DNA of 64,000 nt from Methanothrix sp. (GTDB taxonomy: Archaea; Halobacteriota; Methanosarcinia; Methanotrichales; Methanotrichaceae): assembly GCA_963682135.1 (NCBI GenBank), contig OY821645.1, forward strand, positions 2,720,001-2,784,000. Reading direction: 5' to 3'. Both the position numbers and the translations under genes were made by a program. Below, piece by piece: positions 20,058 through 31,328 of this stretch. The notes under the pieces are model-generated. The model made no database searches. It worked only from the letters and a program-made list of their open reading frames with translations, and was not told the DNA's origin. The first letter of the stretch is position 1. Each line of letters begins with the position of its first letter.

Positions 20058-20330
20058 TAAAGCATCACCGCATGACCTGCGCGTGAGAAAATAGACTTAT
20101 CTGCTGGTTTTTTTGCGTAGGATACCCTACGGTATTTGCTTAGACTACGGTGCGTTTCAGAATCGGATGCCATTTCATTCTCAGAAATTTGGATCTCCTC
20201 TGGAGCTAAACACCTCGCTGGTAGTATTTATCGTTATCGACCTTCGGTTCGAAGCTGCCTGGTATTTCGCTATCTGCTGCAATTGCATTCTCGTTAAAGA
20301 TCGTTATATTTCCGTCTTGATGGATAGGTA

Positions 20331-22433
20331 TTACGCGAATTGCCTCATCATCTCATTTGGGCTGGCTGTGGGAAGACTGCAGACATGATCAGTGCAGACG
20401 TAGGCAGCAATCGTTTCTTCCTCTGGGGGCAAATTTTTGGTGAACGGCGCAATCTCTCTGATCTCTTTTCCGCACACCAGTATTGTGGATTTGTTGGGCA
20501 GAAAGCGAGTTCTCATGGCCTCTAGCATCTTTATAATTACTGCGTCCTGTTTACTTCCCAGCAGCGCTATTTCAGGTGTCGGCCCAAGGGCATAGTCCAG
20601 AGAGCAAAGCAGCATGTTCTGGCCCAGGGGCCGGCCTGATGCTCGGGCGTTGCCGCGTGCCAAATCCCAGGCCTTCTCTTCCAGTTCGGTCTGTCCGGTG
20701 AGGTGCATGAGCCGCAGAAGGTTATGCATGGCAATGGAATTTCCTGAGGGAATTGCTCCATCATAATACTCCTTTCTGCGAAGCAACAGGGCTTTTGCAT
20801 CATCTGCGGAAAAGAATAGGCCGCCTTGATCCTTATCCCAGAAATGCTCCATCATGATTTGGTTTAGCTGCAAAGCTGCTTTCAGGTATTTGACATCAAA
20901 GACCATCTCGTAGAGATCGAGCAGTCCCCAGATCAGGAAAGCATAATCATCCAGGTTGGCGGCAATGCCGGCCTCTCCCCGGTAGCGGTGTAGCAGTCTA
21001 CCCTCAGCAGTTCGCGTCTCTTTCAGGATAAAATCGGCAGCTTTGATTGCCGCTCTCTCATACTCTGCCCCTTTTGGTCCAGTCAGGGCCTGGGCAGCTT
21101 TTGCCAGGGCTGCGATCATGAGTCCATTCCAATCGGTGAGAATCTTATCGTCCTTAAAGGGATGCGCTCTCTTCTCTCGGGCAAGAAAGAGCTTCGCTCT
21201 AATCAACTCCAGCCGTTCATGGAGATCCGGCGCACTCATTTTCAGAACGGTTGCGCCATCCCGTAGCGTTGATCTCAGGCGGAGGATGTTTTCTCCTTTC
21301 TCGAAGTTTCCGCTTTCATGCACATCGAAGAGCCTGATCAACAGCTTAAATTCCTCATTATCCAGCGTCTCTTTCAGCTCCTCTGCCGTCCAGAGATAGA
21401 ATTTGCCCTCTTCTCCCTCGCTGTCAGCGTCTTCTGCCGAGAAGAAGCCACCCTGGGGGGCAGTCATGTCCCGCAGTACATAATCCAGGATTTCGCATGC
21501 TGTTCTGGCGTATTCCTCTTTTCCTGTGGCCTGGAAGCATTCGGTATAGGCGATGGCCATCAGCGCCTGGTCATAGAGCATCTTCTCGAAATGGGGAACA
21601 AGCCATTCTGCGTCCGTGGAGTATCTATGAAAGCCGAATCCCACGTGATCATAAATACCGCCCATGCGCATGGCCTGCAGTGTGGCCTCGACCATTTGCA
21701 GAGCATGCCCCTCTCCGGTCCTGTTCCAGTGGCGCAGCAGGAAGAAGAGGTTATGTGGCGAGGGAAACTTGGGAGCAGTGCCAAAACCGCCGTTTTGGGG
21801 ATCGTAGATGGAAGATAGGGCCTCGTATCCGCGGGCGAGAAATGCTGCATCCAAATTCGCGGCCTCTTCCCTGGCGGAAGGCTGGCTCTGCGTCTGGAGA
21901 TAATCGAGAATCTTGTCGGCTGAGCCGAGAAGTTCGTCTCTGTTCTTGTCCCAGATCTCCTGGATCCTGGGGATGATCTCCATTAATCCTGCCTGACCAT
22001 GGCGGCCGGTCTTGGGGAGGTAGGTGGCGGCGAAGAAAGGCTTTTTCTCCGGGGTCATGATAATAGTAAGGGGCCAGCCTCCTCTGCCTGTCATGGCCTG
22101 GGCCACGCTCATGTATATCTGGTCTATGTCCGGCCTCTCCTCCCGGTCCACCTTTATGCAGATGAAGGCATGGTTCATGAGGTCCGCGACAGCCGGATCT
22201 TCAAAGGACTCGTGGGCCATGACATGGCACCAGTGGCAGGTGGAGTAGCCCACGGAGAGGAAGATGGGCTTATCCTCACTTTTCGCGGCTGCGAAGGCTT
22301 CTCCGCTCCAGGGGTACCAATGCACGGGATTAGAGGCGTGCTGGAGGAGGTAGGGGCTCTTTTCGGAGAGGAGGCGGTTAAATGCGGGAAGGATTTCGGA
22401 TCTATTCCTGTTGGCAGTGGATTCAATCCTCAT
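20331..22433 (-). CDS. YyaL/SPATA20-family thioredoxin-domain protein (DUF255 plus alpha/alpha barrel)
   Basis: [50 protein letters not shown] and [11 protein letters not shown]. Confidence 0.93.
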   Translation of the reverse strand: MRIESTANRNRSEILPAFNRLLSEKSPYLLQHASNPVHWYPWSGEAFAAAKSEDKPIFLSVGYSTCHWCHVMAHESFEDPAVADLMNHAFICIKVDREERPDIDQIYMSVAQAMTGRGGWPLTIIMTPEKKPFFAATYLPKTGRHGQAGLMEIIPRIQEIWDKNRDELLGSADKILDYLQTQSQPSAREEAANLDAAFLARGYEALSSIYDPQNGGFGTAPKFPSPHNLFFLLRHWNRTGEGHALQMVEATLQAMRMGGIYDHVGFGFHRYSTDAEWLVPHFEKMLYDQALMAIAYTECFQATGKEEYARTACEILDYVLRDMTAPQGGFFSAEDADSEGEEGKFYLWTAEELKETLDNEEFKLLIRLFDVHESGNFEKGENILRLRSTLRDGATVLKMSAPDLHERLELIRAKLFLAREKRAHPFKDDKILTDWNGLMIAALAKAAQALTGPKGAEYERAAIKAADFILKETRTAEGRLLHRYRGEAGIAANLDDYAFLIWGLLDLYEMVFDVKYLKAALQLNQIMMEHFWDKDQGGLFFSADDAKALLLRRKEYYDGAIPSGNSIAMHNLLRLMHLTGQTELEEKAWDLARGNARASGRPLGQNMLLCSLDYALGPTPEIALLGSKQDAVIIKMLEAMRTRFLPNKSTILVCGKEIREIAPFTKNLPPEEETIAAYVCTDHVCSLPTASPNEMMRQFA

Positions 22434-22510
22434 AGAAACCTCTATGTGTATTGAGAAATATCAATGTGCTGATGGCTTATTTTTTTATAAAAAAAATAAA
22501 ATTATCTTGC

Positions 22511-23368
22511 TTAAAATAAGCGTATATCACCAGGACCGACTGCAGCTCCTGGACCGCCCGCTCCTACATGGAAATACACTACATCTCCATCATCGAAGAT
22601 TGCGCTGCCTGGGGGGGTTCCAAGAATATTGCCATTGGCATTAAAGAACATCAGTGAAGCAATGTTAGTAATAGATGCTGTGTTTGTCGGGCCTCCTATA
22701 ATATTTTTTATAGGTGGTGTAATAGAAACCAGTTCAAATGGAGTCAGTGGCAATCCTGCATCCGGATCGGCAAGTGAAACTCTTGAGCCCGCTGGGAATG
22801 CACCATTCGCAGTTATTCTAACATCGTTTGTACCGACTCCAAGTTGAGTCCCTGGAGATAAAGCTTTAAGATAGACTGGATCGCCTAGATCATATCCTGC
22901 CCCACCTGCCACATTCAGATAATAAAATCCTACTGCAAAAGCGGAAGGCAATGCATATACTGCCGGTGGAACCGTATTTAACTGTTGACCCATATCGGAA
23001 TCGCCAGCCCTTACATAAGACCCTGCGGGATAAGCTCCCCATCCGACCAAACGAATATTATTTGCCCGTACTATTCTTTGTGCGGGAGGTAATATATTAG
23101 TGCTACCGAACTGCAGATAGGCAACATCTTGATCATCATACAAACCATTTGCATTTAGATCCCAATAAGATATCCAGAATGAAGCTTGCCCGGCAGGATC
23201 AGGTGGCCATGCGACTCCAAGCCCAATCGCTGCAAAATTCGATAGCGGAAGTCCAACGTCCGGATCTCCTGCGTTTACCTTCGTTCCGTATGTCCCTTGT
23301 GCTGCTGCTTGGCCGGATGCGAATATTGCCAGGCATAGCAGAATGTATATCGATTGTCTATTATTCAC
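22511..23368 (-). CDS. Secreted repeat protein, candidate Methanothrix sheath (MspA-like) protein
   Basis: Signal peptide; three imperfect repeats of YDxxDxxY(L/F)...(N/D)(I/V)R(L/I)...G(S/T)xVxxxDxDxG. Confidence 0.5.
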   Translation of the reverse strand: MNNRQSIYILLCLAIFASGQAAAQGTYGTKVNAGDPDVGLPLSNFAAIGLGVAWPPDPAGQASFWISYWDLNANGLYDDQDVAYLQFGSTNILPPAQRIVRANNIRLVGWGAYPAGSYVRAGDSDMGQQLNTVPPAVYALPSAFAVGFYYLNVAGGAGYDLGDPVYLKALSPGTQLGVGTNDVRITANGAFPAGSRVSLADPDAGLPLTPFELVSITPPIKNIIGGPTNTASITNIASLMFFNANGNILGTPPGSAIFDDGDVVYFHVGAGGPGAAVGPGDIRLF

Positions 23369-23877
23369 GGTAACACCTCTTTTGTAACTAATATGTTTAG
23401 TTACCTTAAAAACTTATTCATTCTTGGTATACTAATTAAATTATATGGTAAAAAACTTTTTAAAAAATTATTGGCATAATTTGTGCGAGTTCTAGTATCT
23501 CTCTGCCAACTCATCGCATCGTTCGATCTGTTTTACTATCTCGAAATATCTGCAAAAATATCATCCAATTATCAATTTTATTTTTTATATGATTTATTTG
23601 AAAATGTAATTTATTCATACTATTATCGTTTTGATTCCTGATAGCTTCGCGAATAAACGTCAAAATTATTTTGTAATTCTGTGTGCATTTCTCTTTGTTC
23701 CAGAGCGGAAACAATTGCTAATAAATTTACAGAGTTCGGTTTCATTTTCAATACTATTACATCTACTATCACTACCATCATTCTCTTGAATATCCATATG
23801 ATAATTTCTTTCGATATGTTTATATCCCTTTAAGATAAATTCTTCGTATACTCAATAGAGTATAGGGGTGAATTAGT

Positions 23878-24747
23878 ATGAAGGGAGTAGTAATAGCGAC
23901 AGCTTTAATTATATTGCTATGCTGCTGTACCGCATTGGCCAACCCACCACTGGTGCCGCCAGTACAGTACGAACAGTTTTGTGAAGCACAGAAGATATCC
24001 GGAAGCGGTGTAATCGATATGAGTACCTCAATAGTCGATAAGAAGATCGCTCTGGAGTACTTCAACAACATGGCCGGCGACGGCGACTTTGAGCTTGATC
24101 AGGAGAATGCTTACTCGCAGAATTCCGATAAGCTGAAGAGAAATATTTCCTCAGCAAACGGCGGAAATGAGAGCCAGCTCAATTTATACGATGCTACCAA
24201 GCTCACTTATGCCAGCAAGGACACGCCTCTTATGGGCTCTAAGCTCTTGCATTCCAAGGCGTTTTACGGCGGAATAGGTGCCAAGGTCCAGGAGAATTTC
24301 GCGGTTTATGAGATGGAACAGGATCAAAAGTCATTCTTTGTCTCAACCACGCCCTACAATCCTCAGGAGCCTGTAGCGCCTGTAAACCAGGACTACCTGC
24401 AGCTTCTGGCATTGTACTATCCGCAGGAATATGCCCAGTACATGGCACAGACCACGCACACCATAACTCCTGAGCAGCTCATCAAGGAGCTCAAGGATGC
24501 GGGAAGGGACACAGCGCGAGTGTCTGCCCTTATGGGCAATAATCCGGCTCACTTAATTGGCCTCGAGACCAAGAATACCTTCAACGGCACATGGGGAACG
24601 GATGCTTCCATGCACAAGATATTCTACAAGGATATCAAAGCCCACGAGATGTTCTCCGGAACATTCGAGGCAGAGAAGACCATCAAATTCCATGAGAATC
24701 CCGTGCCGGAAAAGGATCGTGCAGTCTGTGATGGCATAGATTGCTAG
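23878..24747 (+). CDS. Secreted hypothetical protein
   Basis: Signal peptide, beta-rich body, terminal CDGIDC; GGGGTGA RBS. Confidence 0.8.
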   Translation: MKGVVIATALIILLCCCTALANPPLVPPVQYEQFCEAQKISGSGVIDMSTSIVDKKIALEYFNNMAGDGDFELDQENAYSQNSDKLKRNISSANGGNESQLNLYDATKLTYASKDTPLMGSKLLHSKAFYGGIGAKVQENFAVYEMEQDQKSFFVSTTPYNPQEPVAPVNQDYLQLLALYYPQEYAQYMAQTTHTITPEQLIKELKDAGRDTARVSALMGNNPAHLIGLETKNTFNGTWGTDASMHKIFYKDIKAHEMFSGTFEAEKTIKFHENPVPEKDRAVCDGIDC

Positions 24748-24767
24748 AAAAGCGGCAATCTCCCAAT

Positions 24768-24779
24768 CTTTTTTTTTTT
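24768..24779 (+). terminator. Poly-T archaeal terminator
   Basis: T12 tract about 20 nt after the stop codon. Confidence 0.6.
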
Positions 24780-25000
24780 GCAAATTTAGTTATCTATCGA
24801 TCACTTTTATATCCTGTTGGTATGTCCTTTTGGTCCTCCAATTGCGGAAATTCAATGCCGTCAGCGACTGCCGACTGCCGCGTTGCTCTCCGATCCAAGT
24901 TTCGACTCTGAATCGAGCAGGTCTTCCTAGTCCATTTGCCCCATGCTAAAAAAGGATACAGAAGGTCCGAAAATGTGGATCTTCAGAATTTGTCAGCTTC

Positions 25001-25600
25001 TCACACCGGGCCGATGGGTGCTACAACTTTCTTGTATACTTCATTGAGGACCTGGGCCAGTGCGGTATAAATGGCGGACAGTCCGCAGATTATTCCCTCG
25101 TATCCAGCCAGCGTTCCGATTGCGGCGCTTCCAAGATAATCTCTTGCGGCAAGCAAGAAGAATAGGATGGTCAGCGAGAGGAAGACGAACTGCAGGGCTC
25201 TGTTGATCCTCAGGGTTCCAATGAACATGAAGAAGGTAAAGAGTCCCCACATGAAGAAGTAAGCTGCAAAGGCAGGCTTTGATGTAGCCTGGGCAAGCCC
25301 AAGCGAAGGCAGAAACAGCAAAGCTACCAACGAGAGCCAGAAAAGGCCGTAGGATGTGAAGGCGGTAGTTCCAAAGGTGTTGTTCTTCTTCCATTCCATT
25401 ATTCCTGCAATGATCTGGGCGATGCCCCCGTAAAATATCCCCATGGCCAAGATCATCGAGTTTAGCTCATAGTGTCCGGCATTGTGGATATTCAGCAGTA
25501 CTGTAGTCAGTCCGAAGCCAAGCAGGCCAAGAGGCGCTGGATTGGCGGTAGTATCTTTGAGGATCAGAGTGTCTATGTTTTGTTTCTTCGTTTCTTGCAT
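25001..25600 (-). CDS. satP: Acetate uptake transporter, SatP/Ady2 (GPR1/FUN34/YaaH) family
   Basis: Signature [22 protein letters not shown] and [15 protein letters not shown]; about six TM segments. Confidence 0.93.
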   Translation of the reverse strand: MQETKKQNIDTLILKDTTANPAPLGLLGFGLTTVLLNIHNAGHYELNSMILAMGIFYGGIAQIIAGIMEWKKNNTFGTTAFTSYGLFWLSLVALLFLPSLGLAQATSKPAFAAYFFMWGLFTFFMFIGTLRINRALQFVFLSLTILFFLLAARDYLGSAAIGTLAGYEGIICGLSAIYTALAQVLNEVYKKVVAPIGPV

Positions 25601-26450
25601 AGTCTTATTTCCCTCCTGAATTCCGATTAAATGGTCTTATTATTAAATTGTTGCTCTTAAAATATAAATTAATAATGGTGTTAAATGTTGCGATATATTT
25701 CCAAAAAGAAATCTTTTTGTCATGTAATTATATATCCTTAATTGATAAGCGGTGTGAATAGAACATATGCTTGCATATAATCGCTTACACATTCAGCGTT
25801 ATTCCAAATTTGTCCAGGTCTCCTATATGACTTGCGATCCTGCGGAAAAGATGCTTTTCGCGGCATTCTACAGATTTATTACTGAAGGCCGCCATGAATC
25901 TAGCACAAATGATATTCTCACTTTCTCAGCAGCATCACGCTTTCCAATTGAATCGGTTCTTATAATTGTATTGATTAATTTAATTAAATCTAAATTAACA
26001 TATATTTATAATTAATACTTTTGTTTTAGTGCATTTATTTAATATATTATATTCCTAAATATGATTTTAATTAATTTCATCCATTTATATCAATTATTAT
26101 GTTCGATATAGTTCGAGATGATTTACCCTGGCATTCTATCTTCAATATCTAACACAATATAGGAAACCATAAGCATCAGTCAAAATAGCACAGATGTTTT
26201 TATGTAATGATATATTTTTATTTTCTACATTTTTCAATCCGATGGCAAAGCATCCAGACAAATTTCTTATGTATGAAATTCTCTAAGGGTTATACAGTAA
26301 AATTTATATATGATCAATGATAAGTTATATTTGGGTCCGGGATTTCTTAGCAATTCTATATCATCCATCCCCTCGAGATGAATAAACCCGGATCCTAACC
26401 TTTTGATCCTCAAAAAACGATTGATTTAAATTCGCGTCTTTGCATGATAT

Positions 26451-26849
26451 ATGATTATGATCGAGATAGAAACCTGCAAATCAGTGGATGTTATTGATAT
26501 CACAGATCAAGTTGAGATAACGTTGCGAGAAAGCGGCGTAGAAAACGGTCTTCTGCTGGTCTATTCTCTTCATACAACCACGGGATTGACTGTCAATGAA
26601 GCAGATGGCGCATTGATTAATGATATTTTAAGTCTTTTAGAGAGAATTGCTCCCCGGGGTGCAGGCTACCAGCATGATAGGGGGGACGGCAATGCTCATG
26701 CTCATTTGCGGGCTACGTTGCTCGGAAATAGCCTTGTAATTCCTGTGGTGGGGGGTAGACTGGTTATGGGGGTGTGGCAGAGGATACTCTTCTTTGAATT
26801 TGATGGTCCAAGACATAGAAGCATATTTGTGAGAGCACTGGCCGAATGA
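26451..26849 (+). CDS. yjbQ: YjbQ (UPF0047) family protein
   Basis: HTTTGLTVNE, GNAHAHLRATLLG and GVWQRILFFEFDGPR. Confidence 0.9.
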   Translation: MIMIEIETCKSVDVIDITDQVEITLRESGVENGLLLVYSLHTTTGLTVNEADGALINDILSLLERIAPRGAGYQHDRGDGNAHAHLRATLLGNSLVIPVVGGRLVMGVWQRILFFEFDGPRHRSIFVRALAE

Positions 26850-26903
26850 TCCAAAAAGGACTGGATGAGGGAAAATCCCTCGATCTATCAACTTGCCGTC
26901 AAA

Positions 26904-27776
26904 TCATTTGTATATAGTTGTGCCTGTGGTATTAGCAAGCTCTTTGAAGGCGGCCATGAGATCCTTTGTAACCGGGCCGGGCTTGCCGTCACCGACGACC
27001 CTTCCGTCTACCTTGGTAACAGGCGCAACCTCTGCTGCGGTTCCTGTAACGAAGACCTCGTCTGCAGTGTAGAGGTCAAACAGGCCCAGATCACTTTCCT
27101 TTATGTCGTAGCCGTGAGCTATGGCCAGCTCCATGACTGCTTCCCTGGTTATGCCTTTGAGATTGTTTATTGTGTGGGGTGTGCGGATCTTTCCTCCTTT
27201 AATGACGAATATGTTGTCTCCGCTTCCCTCGGACAGCATTCCCCGTGAATCGAGGATGATGGCCTCATTGCCGCCTTTGATATTTGCCTCAATTTTTGCC
27301 AGGATATTGTTCAGATAGTTAAGGCTCTTGATGTTGGGCGGCACGGTGTCTGGAGCATTTCTGCGCACAGAGACGCTTATTGCCGTGAGGCCGACTTCGT
27401 AAAGATCTCCGTACATTGCCCCCCACTCTACGGCAATGATGATAACCGATGCCAGGCTGCACTTGTTGGGGTCCAGGCCCAGGTCACCAAAACCTCGGGT
27501 AACAATGGGCCGGATATAAGCATCACGCAGATTATTCTTCCTCAGCGTCTCCAATATTGCCTCGCACATCTCCTCCTGGCTCATAGGAACGCAGAGCAAG
27601 ATGGCCTTTGCCGAGTCGAAGAGCCTGCTCACGTGATCCTCGAGCCGGAAGACGCGCCCTCCATAGGCCCTTATCCCTTCGAAGACTCCGTCTCCATAGA
27701 GAAATCCGTGATCAAAGACCGAAACTGCAGCCTGTTCCGCCGGAACAAACTTTCCGTTAAGATAAATTAAGCTCAT
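26904..27776 (-). CDS. ilvE: Branched-chain amino acid aminotransferase
   Basis: [34 protein letters not shown] and [13 protein letters not shown]. Confidence 0.95.
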   Translation of the reverse strand: MSLIYLNGKFVPAEQAAVSVFDHGFLYGDGVFEGIRAYGGRVFRLEDHVSRLFDSAKAILLCVPMSQEEMCEAILETLRKNNLRDAYIRPIVTRGFGDLGLDPNKCSLASVIIIAVEWGAMYGDLYEVGLTAISVSVRRNAPDTVPPNIKSLNYLNNILAKIEANIKGGNEAIILDSRGMLSEGSGDNIFVIKGGKIRTPHTINNLKGITREAVMELAIAHGYDIKESDLGLFDLYTADEVFVTGTAAEVAPVTKVDGRVVGDGKPGPVTKDLMAAFKELANTTGTTIYK

Positions 27777-27910
27777 AGGGCACCCTCGTCACCGGACAAT
27801 TGCCGAGGATAAATGCGTTTTGATCGTGAAGTAAATCGATTGGTTTAATCGATGGGTTTATTAGAGAAGCAAGGAAGGAAAGTGCCTACTTTTAACGGGG
27901 TTTGGAGCTT

Positions 27911-28321
27911 ATGGCAAGACTTGGTTTCGTGGTCTCGGAGTTCAATAGGGACATCACCTATCAGATGGAGCTTTTGGGCAGAGAGCATGCTCGGTTCCTG
28001 GGAGCAGAGGTCGCGACTGTCGTTTATGTTCCTGGGGTTTATGATATGCCCCTTGTGGTGAAGAAGCTGCTTCGTCGCGAGGACATCGATGCGGTCGTGA
28101 CCATCGGTTGCGTTATTCAGGGGGAGACTGCCCATGATGAGGTTGTGGTCTCGCAAGCGGCTCGAAAGCTGATGGATCTGTCATTAGAGCATGATAAGCC
28201 TGTGACTTTGGGAATCACCGGTCCCAAGATGTCCCGGCCGGATGCCCACAAGCGGGTGGATTACGCCAAGCGGGCGGTCGAAGCGGCGGTCAAGCTCCTG
28301 CAGAGAATGGATGGTGTTTAA
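27911..28321 (+). CDS. ribH: 6,7-dimethyl-8-ribityllumazine synthase
   Basis: VVSEFNRDIT, VPGVYDMPL, GCVIQGETAHD and KPVTLGITGP. Confidence 0.93.
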   Translation: MARLGFVVSEFNRDITYQMELLGREHARFLGAEVATVVYVPGVYDMPLVVKKLLRREDIDAVVTIGCVIQGETAHDEVVVSQAARKLMDLSLEHDKPVTLGITGPKMSRPDAHKRVDYAKRAVEAAVKLLQRMDGV

Positions 28322-28324
28322 GCT

Positions 28325-29461
28325 ATGGTCTCCTCGCGAATGGCTTCCATTCACGAATCAACCACCATGAAGATCTCGGCTATGGCCAAGAAGCTGGCGG
28401 CTGGCGGTCTTGATATCATCGATATGGGTGTCGGCGAGCCTGACTTCGATACGCCTAAACACATTGTTGAGGCGGGCTGCAGCTCTATCAGAAATGGCGA
28501 GACGCGCTATGCGCCAACCGCTGGTATTCCCCAGCTTCGCCAGGCCATCGCGGATAAGCTGGTCCGGGAAAATTCCCTTCACGTTTCTGCTGATGATGTC
28601 TCTGTCACTCCCGGTGCCAAGATGGCGGTGTTTGCCGCCATCCAGGCGCTGCTCTCCGAGGGCGATGAGTGCGTTCTCATCGGGCCTTCCTGGGTGAGCT
28701 ATGAGCCATGTGTGGCCTTTGCGGGGGCGACTGTCGCCTGGGGCGGTGTAGATGACAATTTTATGCCTCTTGATCTGGCGGATAACATCAATTCCCGGAC
28801 AAAGCTCATAATAGTCAACTCTCCCTCTAATCCCACGGGTTCTGTTTTTGATAAAAAGATCCTTAAGGAGATCTCAGATCTGGCTGTGGATCACAATCTT
28901 TTCGTTATCTCCGATGAGATCTATGAAAAGATAATTTATGATCGCGAGCACATCAGCATTGGCTCATTGCCGGGAATGGAAGAGCGGACCGTGACCATAA
29001 ACGGCTTTTCCAAGGCCTATGCCATGACAGGATGGCGACTTGGATACCTCGCCGGTCCCAAAGAGGTCATGAAATGGATTAACCGGCTTCTCTCTCACTC
29101 CGTATCTCAGGCCACAACTTTTGTGCAGAGTGCGGGGTTGGCTGCTCTGCAAGGGCCTCAGGATGAAGTTGATTATATGTTACGAGAATTTAAGACACGT
29201 CGCGATATGCTGGTCGCGGGCCTAAAGGATCTGGGAATACCGTGCAACGTGCCAGGTGGGGCCTTTTACCTATTTCCGGATGTATCTGCATTGGGGGGCG
29301 GGGATTCCTTTACTGATCGGCTGCTCAAGGAGGCACTCGTTGCAGCCACGCCCGGGTCGGCCTTTGGACCGGGTGGCGCGGATTATGTCCGGCTCTCTTA
29401 TGCAACATCTCAAAGTCGAATTTTACAGGCTCTGGAGAGGATTGAGAAGATCCTGCATTAG
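28325..29461 (+). CDS. Class I PLP-dependent (aspartate-type) aminotransferase
   Basis: GEPDFDTP, NSPSNPTG, SDEIYE and NGFSKAYAMTGWRLG. Confidence 0.93.
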   Translation: MVSSRMASIHESTTMKISAMAKKLAAGGLDIIDMGVGEPDFDTPKHIVEAGCSSIRNGETRYAPTAGIPQLRQAIADKLVRENSLHVSADDVSVTPGAKMAVFAAIQALLSEGDECVLIGPSWVSYEPCVAFAGATVAWGGVDDNFMPLDLADNINSRTKLIIVNSPSNPTGSVFDKKILKEISDLAVDHNLFVISDEIYEKIIYDREHISIGSLPGMEERTVTINGFSKAYAMTGWRLGYLAGPKEVMKWINRLLSHSVSQATTFVQSAGLAALQGPQDEVDYMLREFKTRRDMLVAGLKDLGIPCNVPGGAFYLFPDVSALGGGDSFTDRLLKEALVAATPGSAFGPGGADYVRLSYATSQSRILQALERIEKILH

Positions 29462-29615
29462 ATTGGAGCAATAAAATTTTTCAATTATTGTTTTTTTTAT
29501 ATCTGGTAAGGATAAGTTATATAAGTCACTCGGTTTTCTATTAAGATGGCAAGTATCGCAGGCCGATAACCTAATGAGATCTATATAATAAATCTTAAAA
29601 TAAGGGTGCATCGTT

Positions 29616-30815
29616 ATGAATAAAAAAGCTTCTTATCGAGCCAATTCTAATGCCTGGCGAATTGGGATTTCTGGTTTCGTATCGCTATCTATCCTTATCA
29701 TCTCTGCATTGGCAACTCCTTCGCTTGTTCTGGTGAAGAATGCAACAGTTGATACTCCTGGCGGCACAATTCATGAGGGATCGATCTTAACCGGTGCTTA
29801 TACGATCACGAATACAGGCAATGAAACAATTAGCAATATAGTAATTACCGACGTTAGGAATTATCCGACACCAGGAGCTAATGCAACCATTCCTTCCTCA
29901 GGGGATATAGGCGCTCTGCAGGCAGGAAAATCGATAACAATCAATGATGCATACACAGTTACGGAGGATGATATTTGTGCTCAAGGCATCTTGAGGGGCA
30001 CGGCAACAGCCAAAGGAATGGGCTCGGATGGACTCGATGTTTTATCAGATACGTCCGAAACTGTAACCCCTGTGCAAACGTCAGCATCGATTATTCTCCA
30101 AGTAGAGCCCATTTCTCATCCTTCGGCTCTGGCACATCCAGGCGATGAAGTTGAATTCAAATATACCGTGAGAAACCCCGCATACAATGAATCTATCTAC
30201 CGTCAACCAACTTCTGTTCACGGCCTTGTCGTGGCTGATGCTTTATTGGGCAAAGTCTCCATGAATCGGACTGATCTAAGACCAGGTGAATCCGCGACTG
30301 GAACAAAGAAGTACACCATTCCCGCCGATAAAAAAATAATCTCCCGCGGTGTTACGGCTGATGCTGATAGCTGCAAACTGCATGTTGCGGTTGGGGCTGA
30401 TTCAAATCTTCGCATCATCGATCCTGATATGACGATCGTAGCTACTTCGGACAGGGAATCTGTAAAATCAAATGATACTTTAAATCTCACTATTACTGTC
30501 ACTAATACGGGGGATTGTATCCTCAGTGATATTGTCGTGGTAGATACTCTTCCCAAGGGATTAAGTTTTGTTGATGATGGACAATCTGAGCCAAAACCTG
30601 TTCCAAACCCGCCTCTCGTCAATTCCGATGGCACGACTACTTTGACTTATACAAAGACGCAGCTGGCCAAATCCGGCGTTTTCAAGATAGATATCGCGAT
30701 CAGGTCTAATGGGCAAGCAAATGGTAGGCTGCGCAATAGTGTGCAGGCAAATGCCACTGATTTATTAAATACAATCATTGGTCCCAAGGTTGCGTCTAAG
30801 GATGTGACCGTTTAG
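29616..30815 (+). CDS. Secreted DUF11-type Ig-domain protein; paralog of the N-terminus of the downstream giant protein
   Basis: Signal peptide; ITVTNTGD..LSDIVVVDTLPKGLSFV; PKPVPNPPxVNxDGTTTL shared with the downstream gene. Confidence 0.85.
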   Translation: MNKKASYRANSNAWRIGISGFVSLSILIISALATPSLVLVKNATVDTPGGTIHEGSILTGAYTITNTGNETISNIVITDVRNYPTPGANATIPSSGDIGALQAGKSITINDAYTVTEDDICAQGILRGTATAKGMGSDGLDVLSDTSETVTPVQTSASIILQVEPISHPSALAHPGDEVEFKYTVRNPAYNESIYRQPTSVHGLVVADALLGKVSMNRTDLRPGESATGTKKYTIPADKKIISRGVTADADSCKLHVAVGADSNLRIIDPDMTIVATSDRESVKSNDTLNLTITVTNTGDCILSDIVVVDTLPKGLSFVDDGQSEPKPVPNPPLVNSDGTTTLTYTKTQLAKSGVFKIDIAIRSNGQANGRLRNSVQANATDLLNTIIGPKVASKDVTV

Positions 30816-31328
30816 ATTTCTATCTCATTGCCTGTTTTCTCATTTTTTTGCAAGTATCAATAATACTGATTATTCTACCACATAGAAATCCATATCTATA
30901 TGTTCGAAGGGGCAAATTATTTATTCTCTTAAAGATGATGAACATTTGTACTATCGATGGGAGGGACAAAGCATTAATATTATGCAGGAGCCATGTGAGC
31001 TTAATGGATGTAATACATCCTCAAAAAGTCCATTGATTAGATCTGAATCTACTTTCCTGATGAAATCATCGGCTTGGACGAAGGCAATCTGTGCTGATGC
31101 AGATGCCTGCATTCCGGAGGGAGGCGAATCCAATCCCGATGATTTATTGGTTCATAATAAATTGGCAAAGTATTTCCTAATTAATATCCAGCTCTCTATA
31201 GAGAAGAATGCGGCTATAAATCTCAATGCATCTGCCCTCTTTTCAAGGCGGCCGGGTGCAAATGCGAGCAATTGTGCAGCAGGTGCGATAATATTCGGAG
31301 AAAATCTCAGGGGCAAAGGTGTTTAGCC

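Noticed and set aside
30846-31326. Short ORFs between the two DUF11 genes
   Set aside because: Weak starts and no recognisable motifs; probably regulatory or intergenic sequence.
31272-31328. TTG start for the giant protein
   Set aside because: ATG 31329 gives a signal peptide matching the upstream paralog's N-terminus.
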